From assembly GCF_001194135.2 (NCBI RefSeq), contig NC_068981.1, positions 86,590,751 to 86,654,750 of the forward strand: a stretch of 64,000 bases of DNA. Reading direction: 5' to 3'. Below, piece after piece: positions 49,632 through 62,319 of this stretch. The first letter of the stretch is position 1. Every line of letters begins with the position of its first letter. This stretch comes from Octopus bimaculoides (lineage: Eukaryota). Position numbers and translations under genes: made by a program. The notes under the pieces were generated by a model. That model made no database searches. It saw nothing but the letters and a program-made list of their open reading frames with translations, and had not been told where the DNA came from.

Positions 49632-50423
49632 AAAAATAAAAATATATAAAAAAAAGGGTTTTGTATAATCATGTATAGAGGAATATATTATTTAAAAGAG
49701 TTCCAACTGTGTCTGTTTTTTATGTTCTTATAAAATTAATGTGGGATATAGAATATGGAATATATAATATAAATAGTAAAATGAAATGAAGTATTGAATG
49801 TCTTATTGAATATATGAAATATTGAGTATTAAATATATAAATATATATTCATGCTTTGAGCTGTATTTTCCTGTTTGTATATAATATATACAGACACATA
49901 TAATACATACAGACGCATACACTATTTTATGAATTTTAGAAAAATGCCACAATGACAAATTGGAAGAATATTCTTGTTTTAAAAATTGTATACTTGAATA
50001 GAAATCCTGTTCCACTGTCCAGGCACACCCTGTTCAAATGTCAGAAATGGTTTGGTTGTCCTCTGTATAAATAGTAAGGTTGCTCTCCTGGGATCCCTGC
50101 ACCATTGCACTCAGCAGGGTAATTGGGGTTGCAGAGGATGTAAATGAATGCAGTGGGGACATGTGAGAAGGTTATTGCATGGTAGTGGGAGGCAGGAAAT
50201 AGTGAGAGAAAGAGAGAGAAATATGTACATAAAGAAGATCAATTGATCTTGGTTATTAACTGGCTCATAGTAATGTTAAAAGGTCTTCTGAATCACTTTA
50301 TATAGATCAGTTCAATCAATTACATCAACCCCACTACAAGTTTCAAGTCCAGCACTGTTTTATTGTACAGATTTGATCAAATTACTAAATTTCGGAATTT
50401 TTAAAGTTAAATCATAAACATAA

Positions 50424-50814
50424 GCACAGGAGTGGCTGTGTGGTAAGTAGCTTGCTTACTAACCACATGGTTCTGGGTTCAGTCCCACTGCGTGGTACCT
50501 AGGGCAAGTGTCTTCTACTATAGCCTCAGGCCGACCAAAGCCTTGTGAGTGGATTTGGTAGACGGAAACTGAAAGCAGCCCGTCGTATATATGTATGTGT
50601 GTATGTATGTTTGTGTGTCTGTATTTGTCCCCCCCAACTTCGCTTGACAACCGTTGCTGGTGTGTTTACGTCCCCGTAACTTAGCGGTTCAGCAAAAATA
50701 GACCGATAGAATAAGTACTAGGCTTACAAAGAATAAGTCCTGGGGTTGATCTGCTCGACTAAAGGCTGTGCCCCAGCATGGCCACAGTCAAATGACTGAA
50801 ACAAGTAAAAGAGT
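50424..50814 (+). mobile_element. Near full-length, young family B CORE-type tRNA SINE
   Basis: Complete head (gcacaggagtggctgtgtggtaag, ggttcagtccc), core (acctagggcaagtgtc), body and tail, with many CpGs retained. An older reverse copy follows at 50825-50975. Confidence 0.85.
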
Positions 50815-50975
50815 ATACATATTTCTATATAATGGGCTTTTGTACGGTTCCATCTGCTAAACTACAATAACAAGGCATTGACCAGCCTGCGGCTATAGGA
50901 AACACTTGCTTAAAGTATTGAATAGCACATGGTTGTGAAGCTAGCTTTTTAACTACATAACCATATCTCTGTATA

Positions 50976-51046
<71 letters not shown>

Positions 51047-51369
51047 GTGTGTGCATGCCTGTGTGCACATGTATGAGAGTGTATTTATACTTGCATATGT
51101 AAATAAGTATGTATCACTTATCATTTTGTCCCTCCCTTTCTCATTAACCATTCACACTAATCCCTTCATTTCCCCCTGTGGTTTCCTTATTCCCTCCTTC
51201 CCACAATCGCCCTGTTACAACTACAAAGCAGTTCCTCTCATCATACTTTACCCTCTCTCATCGCGTTGCCTAAAATCATTACACAATATCCTTCTATTCT
51301 CATTCACTTATAGAGGTTGGACCCCTTTAATGCAAGTTGGCCTCATTAGTATTGGCGCTATGGAAAACA

Positions 51370-51530
51370 AAAAAAAAAAGTCAGTGCACACTGTAAAGTG
51401 GTTGGCATTAGGAAGGGCATCCACCAGTAGAAACCATACCAAATCAGATGTATGAGCAGGAAATGGTCATGAGATGTTGAACCATCCAAACCATGCCAGC
51501 ATGGAGAGTGTATGTAAAAACGATAATGAC
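51370..51530 (+). mobile_element. Family A RTE-related tail
   Basis: cacactgtaaagtggttggcattaggaagggcatccaccagtagaaacc...ccatgccagcatgga. Confidence 0.7.
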
Positions 51531-52680
51531 ATATCAAATATTTTCAGAGCTTGGGTAAAAAGTAGTGTTTGTTATTGTTGTTTCTCCTTTGAATAACAAA
51601 GAGAAAGCATTGCATTTTTACATTTGTCTATCATGCAGGGCTATTCAATAATAGTTCACAATAGTCGGCATGAAATGCAGTCAACTGAATGCCTTGTACA
51701 GTAGCGACATAATCTTATTGTTTGCTGTTTGTTGGAGTTTTACTATTTATTTCTGCAGAAGTTTTTATCTCTTCTGGCCTGTTTTGTATTTAAAAAAATA
51801 AACTGCAACAAGTTTTACACAATAACATTTAGTCCTATACATTAACCTTCCCATCTGTCGGCATAGGATCACATACTATCAGTCTAACCATAATTTTTTG
51901 TTCCAGTACATTGCACTTTGTATCAATAAAGTGTTGTTTGTTACCTTTTATGATGTTTCTTAGAAGCATCTGTAATTATTCTATTGAAATAATGCACTCT
52001 AATATCCTCTTGCTTGAAGCCAATGAATTTGGTTTTGATTTGTTGTGAATTGTTTACTATTATTGTTTGTGTCATGAAAGTGAAGGCAGGTGGTGCAATA
52101 TGTCCTTTCATGTTGCTCCTGCCTACTCAGCTGAAAATGAACACTCGGTGTTTGCTGGCACAGCACTTTCTCCTTCCAGCTGTCACATCTGCAATGTTTT
52201 GCTGAGTCAAGGATGGGTGGGTCAAGAGGGTATCTATGTCTGCTCATGATTGTATAGCCATTTAAAACAACTGGCAGAAGCATGGTACACACCACTAGGT
52301 TATACTTGCTTGCAAGTGATGGATTTGTATTTAATTTCTATGCAAGTTGAATTGAGACAATAAGATGCTCTTACACAAAAGGTATCTGCAGTTAATTTGC
52401 AAAGCAAAACAGATGTTTGAGATGAAGTTATTGTACTTTCTTTGCAAAGAAGGTACATAACCTATATGTACCTTCTTTGCTCATAACCTATATATATATA
52501 TATATATATAGGCTATGAACAGTAGTGGTGTCAATGAGACCCAGAGGTGTCAGGTAATGCTGAGTAAGTGCTATGGATAGACCATAGTTAAGCTCCAGGT
52601 TCATAGTGATGAGAATTAATTAGAAAACACTTGATATTTGTAAAGGGTTTTAGTGAAGTGAAGATGATACTTTATGAGCT

Positions 52681-52779
52681 GTGACTTTCAATATATTAAT
52701 GGTAAATATTTGATTGGGCTCAAAAATATGTTCTCTACTGAGTCAACCATTTATTTCCTGCTCTTCTTCCTATCTACTG
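52681..52779 (+). repeat. Exact 99-bp direct duplication, copy 1 (copy 2 at 55834-55932)
   Basis: gtgactttcaatatattaatgg...ctcttcttcctatctactg is identical at both positions and the flanks differ. Confidence 0.95.
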
Positions 52780-54039
52780 AGGCATATAGTCTAATGAAAA
52801 AGAAGATAAAATCTGCACACACATAGTAAAGGTGATAATATGATTTCTCTTGCTACATTTTATTTTAAAATTTGCTTTTCTAGAAGCTTATCATACTCTA
52901 AAATCTTCTGTATGATGTGCATTATGTCTATGTACTCTATGTATGTGATAAGACATCTTCTGCTTTATGTACAACCTGATATTTGAGATAGTTTTAAGAT
53001 ATGTGAAAATATGTAAAGGTGTTTTATCTCTGGGATAAGAGTCACATAAACACTATATATGATAATGAAGTCTTTATATATTTCAAAGTACTTCTTAAAT
53101 AATGTGTGTTATACACCAAGTTTTGACATGTTGAGCATAGGGAAATCTGAGCTATTTCTGTTGATGTGCATATTAGAAAAAAAGAAAGAAAATATTTTTC
53201 CAAAAATAATGCATGTACTTTTGTACTGAATATACAGATGGCTTTTAGATCTCATAAAACACCAGTTAATCCAACATTCTAGACACAATCAACTTGTTCT
53301 TATTATTAAGTAGAGCATTGATGAACATTGGCTTACTGTTGCCTCAACAGGTTGTGAACAACTACTTAAAAGCTTCCAGCTTGTGAGTTACTTACTTTAT
53401 GGGTTAGGTGATTCAGTGTATTGTGTAACAATTTAATAAAGTAAATTGTAATGTGCATGAAATGTATCACCATTTGTTGTATGGAAGTGTCTATTTAGTG
53501 TAGTCATTTTAATAAAGAAGAATTTAAAACTGAAAGGAAATTAGAGTAAGGAGTGGACAAACAATGGTCTTTTGATTTACCTAATTGTACAGTTTACTTA
53601 TGTATTTAGAACAAATAAGAATTTGACGTTTTCCCCTAAGATGGAGTTAGTAGAAAACAGTAAAACCAACAGACAGAACAATAGTGTTGTTTAGTTCCTA
53701 TTAAAAAATGCTATATTTTATGATCTGTCTGTAGATCACCAGCTAAAGAATAAGATCAAAACAAAACTGTCAAAATAAATTTGATTGATAGTGAACAGAT
53801 AAAATAATTATTGATCAATACAACAGACAACATGATTTCTATCAACATTTTCATTTCTTTCTCAAAAATGACAATGGCCACCACTGCCCCCATCATCATC
53901 CCCACCATCACGATTCATGTTGCCATTTTCATTGCATCATAATCATTTTCCATGTTGGCATAGTGTAGCCAAACGGTTGCTTTTAAGTACCCTTATGTGA
54001 TCATTATCTCACTTGTTTGATCTAAATCTTTCTGTAGTC

Positions 54040-54260
54040 TAATCTACCTTATTGTCAGGACATCCATGCCCCATGTTGATACTGAATACCCGCAAAAACT
54101 AGTTTGTAACACTTTCCTTATATACATCAGCAAATACTTTCTTCGATCATTTGCACTCATTCTCAAGTTTACAGCAACATCCAATGCAATATACTCAGCA
54201 CAGAGTGTGTCTGTGACTGAAATCATCTTCCATACAACATCAAATTTCTACTAATGTATC
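54040..54260 (-). mobile_element. Old RTE ORF2 C-terminal remnant
   Basis: Minus-strand frames give ..MLYG.., ..SILHWML.. and ..YIRKVLQ.., resembling the LYGSET..EMKMLRW..IR block. Heavily decayed. Confidence 0.3.
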
Positions 54261-54995
54261 CCATAGCTTAATGATGGTGCCACAAAACATAATAGTTTTA
54301 TTTTTTTCTCTTCTAACTACTTGTCCCACCAACTACAATGTATGGTCGATAGAGAACTGAATATGCTGTCAATAGATAATTCAGATGCCAAATGCTGAAC
54401 ATCAACCAAACACCCAGCCTCAGTCTAGGGAAGCCTTTTTTTTCTTGTTTTGTTTTCACAATAGACTATCACAGAGAATATCTGCTGATACAGTAGGTTC
54501 AGAGCATCAGCAACATTGGTATACAAAGAATAAGTACTGACAGCAGACGGATTCCTGATCAATGACACCTGTCCTTTCGAAAGAAAGCTAAATGAGCAAG
54601 TGCTCTAATTTGGTGAGATATTCCCTAGTTAAAGGCACAGCTATCAGGTTGTAGCACACAATGATTATTTCTACTTGGCATTTTGTATATAGCTTCTTGG
54701 CACATTTACTACTCAATATATTAATTTTTCCTACTGACCCCTCACACACACACACACACACGCACACCTACAATTCCATATCCAACAGAATGCTAAGCAA
54801 GTTAGCAAATTCAGTGCATTCATTGTTAAACAATTATGGCATAAAATTACTTTTCCAGCTGCCAAGATGCATGCCAAGAAAAGACAAGTTGTTTCTGACA
54901 TCTTGTATTTTGTTACTTTAGCACGTACCACTTTGATTTTTGCAGATATAGTATCTAAAATGACATGTTATCTCTTAAGCACATGATGTACTCAC

Positions 54996-55069
54996 CCTGT
55001 TTCAGCTCAAGAGGTGTTTTTCCAAGAGAAATTTCTCCAAAAAGTTTGGTTTTAATGTGTACAACAAGA
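54996..55069 (-). CDS. Candidate 74-nt internal exon
   Basis: Acceptor ttcactcttttgcag| and donor CAGG|gtgagtac. A single frame is open: LVVHIKTKLFGEISLGKTPLELKQ(G). Confidence 0.3.
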
Positions 55070-56459
55070 CTGCAAAAGAGTGAATATTGCTGCCATACAG
55101 AACATATGATGTGTGAGGATTTTGACTAGTGGCTGTTTTGGACAACTGAACAGATGTAGTTATAGTAAAAAGTTGCCATCTAGCATCAGAAGGCAAAGCC
55201 CAAAGTGATTGCTCAAAGCTCAGTTATCATATATTAATGATCTCACTTGCAAAACATTTTTGACTGATCCAAATTGACTAGAACTCTAGCATTTTCTCTA
55301 TACAATATATCACATGACCTGGATGCCACTGTCCAGAAGTTTATATGTATATATAGAACCAAAAATTTTGTAAGCTCCTATACAGTCCTCCGACATGCTA
55401 GAAACAGCAGCTGATACTGTCTTTAAAATTGGATAAATGTGGTCCTGGGTTTCCTGCACACAGGGAAAAGATGGAATAGTCATTGCTAAAATACCTTCAA
55501 TCACAGGTCTGTTCAATGAGAGCCAACATGATGCTTGAGGATGATGGCAGCACTAACAATGACAATGATAACAACAGCAATCACATAACATTTCAGTAAG
55601 TATTTTGACCCAAAATCTTTAACTCTATATTTTGCAAATTTTTCAGTCTGAAGTAATCTAAAGTGTCCGTTTGCTCATAGCACATCCTTTCTTTTATTTT
55701 TCCATCTGTGCTACTATACTACAACCAACATAATTGAGGCAAGGTTCAACAACAATAATAATTGTTTAAACTTGATAATTTCCTAATTGGTACATGATCA
55801 CAAATTCGTAGAAAAGAGGAATAGTCAATTGAAGTGACTTTCAATATATTAATGGTAAATATTTGATTGGGCTCAAAAATATGTTCTCTACTGAGTCAAC
55901 CATTTATTTCCTGCTCTTCTTCCTATCTACTGTGCAATAATTTCTTGCATTCATATATCAACAAAGGAATATATAAAACCAATAAACTGATTGTGGTATA
56001 TTACTGATATTTTTCCAATGTAGATGAATGACAAACTTTAATAAAGTTTGAACCTACAATGTAAAGGGACTATAAGATCATAAGCATTTTATCTGCCACT
56101 CTATTGACTTGGCCACCAACTAACCTATATAATGAATCAGAATACAATAAGTAAGTACTGAATGTAGTGATGCAGAAGAAAAGATTAACCACATTATCTA
56201 TCATAAACTGAGTCCATTTAGCTGCAGGGAGATGTTGCAGGATTGCTTGTTTCAATGCCACAAGCAGCAACAATTATGAAATTGGACAAATGGTTTAACT
56301 TCTTGTTCAAAATACATTTTCAATTCTACTCCCAAGAGAAATCACCTGTGGTAGATTGTTTTCTTATCCAAGAGGAGATTTGTCTCTTGTATGCTTAAAA
56401 CAATAGATTAGAATAATTCCTGTAGTCTATAGAGGTCAGTTATAATAAAAAAAATTTTC

Positions 56460-57440
56460 TACTGTAGGCACAAGACCAGCAATTTTAGAGAGAGGGAGTA
56501 TATGGACAACATTAATCCCAGTACTCGATAGGTACTGTATTTTATTGACCTTAAAAGGATGAAAGGCAAAGTTGATCTTGTTAGAATTTGAGCTCAGTAA
56601 AACAGCAAGAAGAAACACTGCTAAGCATTTTGTCCAATGCATTAACAGTTCTGTGAGCTGTAATTTAGACACAAGGCCAAAAAGTTTCAATGAAGTAGGG
56701 TTAGTTGAGACTGTCAATTCAAATATTTGATTAATACATTATTTTATTGAAAGCAAAGTAACCTAAGTGGATTTGAACTCAGAATGTAGCCATTGGGAAG
56801 AATGCTATAAGGTATTTTTTTTGACACTGTATTGTTTCTGCCAATCCACTAACCAAAATTAAATGCTTCTAATTTAGTACAAGGATAGTAATGTTGATAG
56901 GGGAGGTACCTAGTTGATTATATTAAGCCCAACACTTGATTGGTACTTTATTTTATCAATTCTGGAGGGATTAAAGGCAAAGCTGACCTTGGTAAGATTT
57001 GAACACAGAATATAAGGAGCCAGAACAAATACTGTTTCCAACATTCTGACAATCAACTAATTAGTAATAATCTTTTCTACTAAATACTAAAGGCACAAAG
57101 ACTGAAATTTTGGGGGAGGGGACTAGTTAATTACATTGACTCCAGTCATTAACTGGCACTTATTTTATTGACCCCAAAAAGATGAAAGACAGAATTGATC
57201 TTGGAGGAATTTGAACTCAGAACATAAAGTCAGATGAAAGGCTGCTAAACATTTTGTCTGGCATGCTAACAATTCTGCTAGATTACCACCTTTAACTAAA
57301 TGGTAATAATATTAATAATAATTGTTCCAGAACACAAGTTTTGGCATAAATCTAGCAATTCTAGGGGTAGGTGGGATTAGTTGATTACATTAGCTCTAGT
57401 ATTTTACTCGTATTTAATTTTTTGAAAGACAAAATTGACT
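56460..57440 (-). mobile_element. Chain of about 5 head-to-tail family C SINE copies
   Basis: Successive ggcacaag..aatttt..gagggg..(gaatttga.ctcagaa) units start near 56467, 56668, 56875, 57093 and 57340. The copies are mutually diverged. Confidence 0.75.
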
Positions 57441-57446
57441 TTCATG

Positions 57447-58070
57447 AATAATAATAATAATAATAATAATAATTTCTTTTATTAATGACAGAGGCATAGA
57501 TGAGGGGAACATCACAAAGACAGGCAACAATTTGTGTGAGGATATACATAAAGGATAGGGAGAAAGAAATGGTAAAAAAAAAACTGAAATGTGACAAAAG
57601 CATACATAGTATACAAAGTAAGTGATAACATGAATGATGCAGGGTCAACCAAGGAACTCCACAGATCAAGGATTACCCTGATCACCAAAGGCAGGAGTCC
57701 TTTCCCAAATGTAGCTCTCCAATCAACAGCTGCATGCTTAGAATAGGGCCATTCACTTTAAAACATTTTTGCTACAATCACCTATCTTTTCACCAGTTCC
57801 CTGAGAGGTAGCACCTCCTTCTCCACAGTCACTTTCCTCTCCAAGTGGAACTTAAAAAGTCAATAAGGAGTTGACCGAAGAGGAAGGTGTCTTTTCTTAA
57901 TCCTTTCAGCTTCATCCACCACACAACCTCTTCTGCCATAGCTTCTTGACAGAGGAATACTGCCTGCCCTGTCTTGTCAAATGTGGGTGGTAGGGTGAAC
58001 CTCATGATGGCTTTGGACCACACATGATAATTATAAGTTCTAAAAAGCATAACTGAAGACTCAGAAAATA
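57447..58070 (-). mobile_element. Tx1/L1-like LINE 3' end with (TTA)n tail
   Basis: QAVFLCQEAMAEEVVWWMKLKGLRKDTFLFGQLLIDF C-terminal remnant. The 3' UTR end matches 23930-23980, and (aat)n lies at 57447-57473. Confidence 0.55.
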
Positions 58071-58329
58071 ACATTTTCCTTTTGAGCAGAAAGTATATAT
58101 CAAAGGATTATACTTGGCTGTTTAGATCAACGGACTCTTCATCAAGTAAATGAGTATGAAAGAAAAGGACCTGCCTACAAAATAAGATCAACTACAGATA
58201 GTATTTGATAATGTTTCTCATATTTGCTTTCTGCACATAATAAAAAGTGACAGATACTACCTTTTAGAAATATGATTGGTGATTTAAATTTAGACATTAA
58301 TTTGGTCAGGTCCAATAATAATAATATCA

Positions 58330-59500
58330 GAATGTGTGATGTCTGAGTTAAAACTGCTGTTTCAAGGAGATTCCATTTTCCTTTTACTATTTGGTTAAAA
58401 TTTGGCATCACTGATATAGTAGAAATATAGCAAAGAAAAGAGATAGATAGATTACAGTCACATATGCTTTAAAATTAACTTAATAGCCTACAGAATAAAA
58501 TTGAGATATCTAGGAAAGATATTAACAGTGTTTGGATTAGACAAATAATGTGTTTAAAAGAAAAGCTATCAGAGGGAAGTAGAAAGCAAAGCATATAAAT
58601 AAACTGGATGTATATTTAGGAAAGCGTAAATTCATCACAAACAAATAACAGCCAAATTTTTACAAAGAATATGGATGCATAAAAAAACTCATTTTCTCCT
58701 GACAAAACTAAATTTGTCAACAGTTTGACCACTCCAATGATGTTATATATTACTGGTTTTATTGATCAGATCTGGCATAAAAGGAATTGACAAGAAAACT
58801 AGAAAGATGCTGACAATACACAAAATATAATCACCCTGAAGTAGATATTCATTAATTTTACATGAAGCAGGAAAATGGAAGATGGGGACTAGTTTCATGA
58901 TTGCCAGGGTAGGCTTGCACACATACACTAACTCCCAGTAAAGAGGCTTAATAATAGCAGTGAAAGACTATGAAAATAGTAAGAAAAAAAAAATCAAATA
59001 TCTAACAACAGTGAGAGTTATTGAAGAGATCAATTATGCTAACAATCCTTACCTCTAAGTCTTATAAAAATACTAATCAATGTCTCCAGATATATAATGC
59101 ACAATACCAAGAACATTTTAAGCCTAATATTATATACAATGTACTCAGGAAAGATGAGCACCATTTTACATGGGTAATACCTTACAGAACTTTATGACTA
59201 AAGAATAAAAAAATGCAGAAATAGTAATATGGATCAAAAATGCAGGACTGAAGGGGCAATAGAGAGCCCTCACTGGTTGTAGCAATGTAAGACTGATTAG
59301 GCACCATTAACAGACATACTGTTCAGTTACTATATAGTAAAGGTACTACAGCAAAATGCAGGCTTAGTGGGTTATTTAACAAAACTATTATTAAATAAAT
59401 AAGGATATGATAAAGTTGCTAGATATGTTCTCTCACATGTAAAGAAAGTTACAGGAGTTGAATGAAGTGCCACAAAACTAACAGCAATGCAATTCTCCTA
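58330..59500 (+). mobile_element. R4/Dong-like non-LTR retrotransposon remnant (RT plus CCHC region)
   Basis: FQGDSIFLLLF (58360), DI..FGLDK (about 58520-58545), WIKNAGLKG (about 59230), KCRL (59354) and DKVARYV (59408), in the order expected for R4-clade ORFs. Confidence 0.6.
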
Positions 59501-60149
59501 ACATTGTGATACATGAGTGGTGGTGGTGGTGGGGATATACAATCATTTGAGATAGAGCTATCAATATAGACAGAATACAATTAAAGGTAATTACACAGAA
59601 GTCATAAGATAGAGGAAAGTTAGCATGCCAACAAATGGTTGTGTCTAGAACACCACTGGCAACAAGGCAAAAAAATTTTTTAAATCAAAATGAAAAAAAA
59701 AAAAAAATCACTTACTAGAAATGGAAATAAAAGAGATATGAAGCGATATAATGGTTGTATTTATTATAATAGGAACTTTGGCCATAAAAAAAAAGAACAT
59801 CAAATATTAGATTAGTCTCAACACTGTCCTAGCTATACCAAAAAAAAAAAAAATTGTTTGACACTAATTTATTTAAAAGGTTTAGCTTGAAAAAAACTAA
59901 ACCTTAGGTGGATGCTTGTTAATTATGACATCCATACTAGCAAAATAGCTAAGAAGTTACAACACAGAATCAACAATAGAAATGATTTCGAAAATAGGCA
60001 TCGGTCACAAGATTCTGGGGGAGGGGTCCAGTTTGCTTAAATCGACTCTAGAAAATTAAAAAAAAACTCCCTATCCAGACTATTTATGCTTTTTACTACC
60101 ATTTCCCCTGCTGATTAGGTTACCTAGGTAGCAGAAGCTATTAATTACT

Positions 60150-62160
60150 AATGAGCCATCTGGGGGATTTGCACTACTTCATCTCTTGCTTACTTTCGTA
60201 CATGTAAAGTCTTCCTCTTTCAACTTATCTAAAAGTACACTGCACCTTTTGTGCATCCGTAGTTTACATCGATTAACCACTACAGAGTTCTGACTAACCT
60301 CCTTTCTGCATAGCGATTGTTATGACTAGTTCACAAATAGCAGTAGAAATAGTGTTTTCTTTACTACATATCTCCCGAATACACAACTCGCCCATAATTT
60401 ATATATATCTAATCAAGGTAGAAAGAATACTTCTTAATCCATCAGGCATTTTATCTGAATAATCTAATATTTTCAAATCCAGAAGTATCAGATATTTTTA
60501 AACATTCTTATTTCTAGAGAAACCGGTATTTTTATCGCCAGTTTTTGAAAGCGCCGTCCTGTAACGATACAGCAAAATTATCGGCTACTGTCTAGCCATG
60601 ACCCGTTTATTTGCATAATAAAGCAGCTAAGATAAACAAGTATGAGTTTATGAAGAAATTACACCACGTTGATTCAGTTAAAGAAAACGGCGACAGTACA
60701 GTGAACTTGTTTCACATCACATGGGTAAAAAAAATCACAATAATTTCGCCATGAGGGAAGAAGGAATCGTTATTTAGAAACTAGGTCAACTCTGATCGAA
60801 CATTTCTATGATCGAAAGTGATCTAGCCGTGACGATCGCATCACTTTTTAGACTACATCATCTAATATCCCTTTCCATTTTTAAGACGATAGGGTATGAT
60901 GAGAGGGAAATTAGCTGCTATTTCTAGCATGAGCAATCGCATAGTGACTCGCTCGCTGGACGGGCGAAAGACATCGTGGAAGATACGAGCAGAGTTAGTC
61001 GAAAGAAAATATTCTTTGTTGAATGATTTTCATTTCAAACCATAGTTTTATTCCCTCGATCTGCTGCTCTAGCTCACTCCCTACAAAGTTTATACATCTC
61101 TTCTATAAAATAAGTTTTAAACTACCGTCTTTAGTAATTTCTCTTACTCTTTCAAATTTGCCCTATTTGTCCGCTCCCACTTTCTGTCGATCTCACCAAC
61201 TTATACTCACAATGGAAACTGTCTTTAATATTTATTTCAGGAGGATGAAACAAGCTTGTTGATAAATTGGACAAGTTGTTTGTTTATAGAACTATTCGGA
61301 ACTAACATATCGGAAATAGAACCATAGATTTTCCTTATATATAAACTGAGTGAAAGTTAATATGATGAATCATCAATATTATGTTTTCTGGAGGAACGGC
61401 TTGTCATTAAGTGCGGAAAGTACGCCTAAGTAGTTGCGTCAAAGGAAATAATCGCCCACGTCACAAGAAACAACATGTGATAGAAATGGGGAAACTAGAC
61501 AACATATAAATAATTCTTTTAAACTGCACCTTGCACTAATCAGTGCGTCTTTCACCCTATATCTGTTTGTATCTCACGCCCATAGATACACTAGGAGTAC
61601 GTTTTTATTATACAACGGGTGATATGTGAGCGAACTTTTTATTGAAAATTTGTGCAGTAAACTTCAGACAACTTGGAAATAGAAACATGTGTAGTTGTCT
61701 TAGAGCGCGCACACACACACACACAGATCAATGTTTAAATAGGTCCCAGCACAAACATAACAACTGCAGTGTATTCATTGTTATTTTTATCCTATGTACT
61801 TCGAATTCAAATCCCACCAAAGTCTACTCTATGACTTTGCCCACCATCTCTCTAGGATATACTGAGCTCGATAGAATGGACAAAACCCCAATCCTCAAAA
61901 TTGATGGCCTTGTATCAAAATTAGAAAGCATCAACTATGTACTTAAAGGCAGCAAATTAGCAGAATCGTTAGAACGTCGATCTGACTCTTTACAGCCTGG
62001 GTTCAAATCCCGCCGGAGTCAGCTTTGCCTTTCATCCTCCGTATTTTATAAATTGAAGTATAATTGAACTACTTGTATTGACTAATCATCTCCCTTCGAA
62101 ATAGGCGGCTTTCTGCCAAAAATTAGACATTTATTAACTATTAAGTACTCTTTCATTTCG
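60150..62160. promoter_or_regulatory. CpG-retaining, promoter-like region
   Basis: CpG is visibly more frequent than in the preceding 60 kb. CCCACGTCA at about 61454, TTGCGTCAA at about 61433, and a possible minus-strand first-exon donor att|gtgagt at 61210. Confidence 0.4.
61775..62130 (+). mobile_element. Two diverged family C SINE copies retaining CpGs
   Basis: gcagaatcgttagaacg, gggttcaaatcccgccgg and ctttgcctttcatcctcc. 8 CpG in about 170 bp of the second copy. Confidence 0.7.
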
Positions 62161-62319
62161 ACTGTATCAAAGATTACTCACACACACACACATATATATA
62201 TACACACACATACACACGTTGTTTTTCACAGACACACAAACATATATCTTAGCTGCTTTCTCGTATACAAGCAAAGCCATTGCTTGAAGGAATAACTGAA
62301 ATGAGTCAATGTTGATGCA

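Noticed and set aside
60522-60531. GAAACCGGTA (hammerhead 3' half) and nearby octamer ATTTGCAT at 60609
   Set aside because: There is no matching CTGANGA or stem I, and no recognisable snRNA follows the octamer.
61950-62030. tRNA-like A/B boxes here and at other SINE heads
   Set aside because: There is no complete cloverleaf, and the boxes are continuous with SINE bodies, so these are not tRNA genes.
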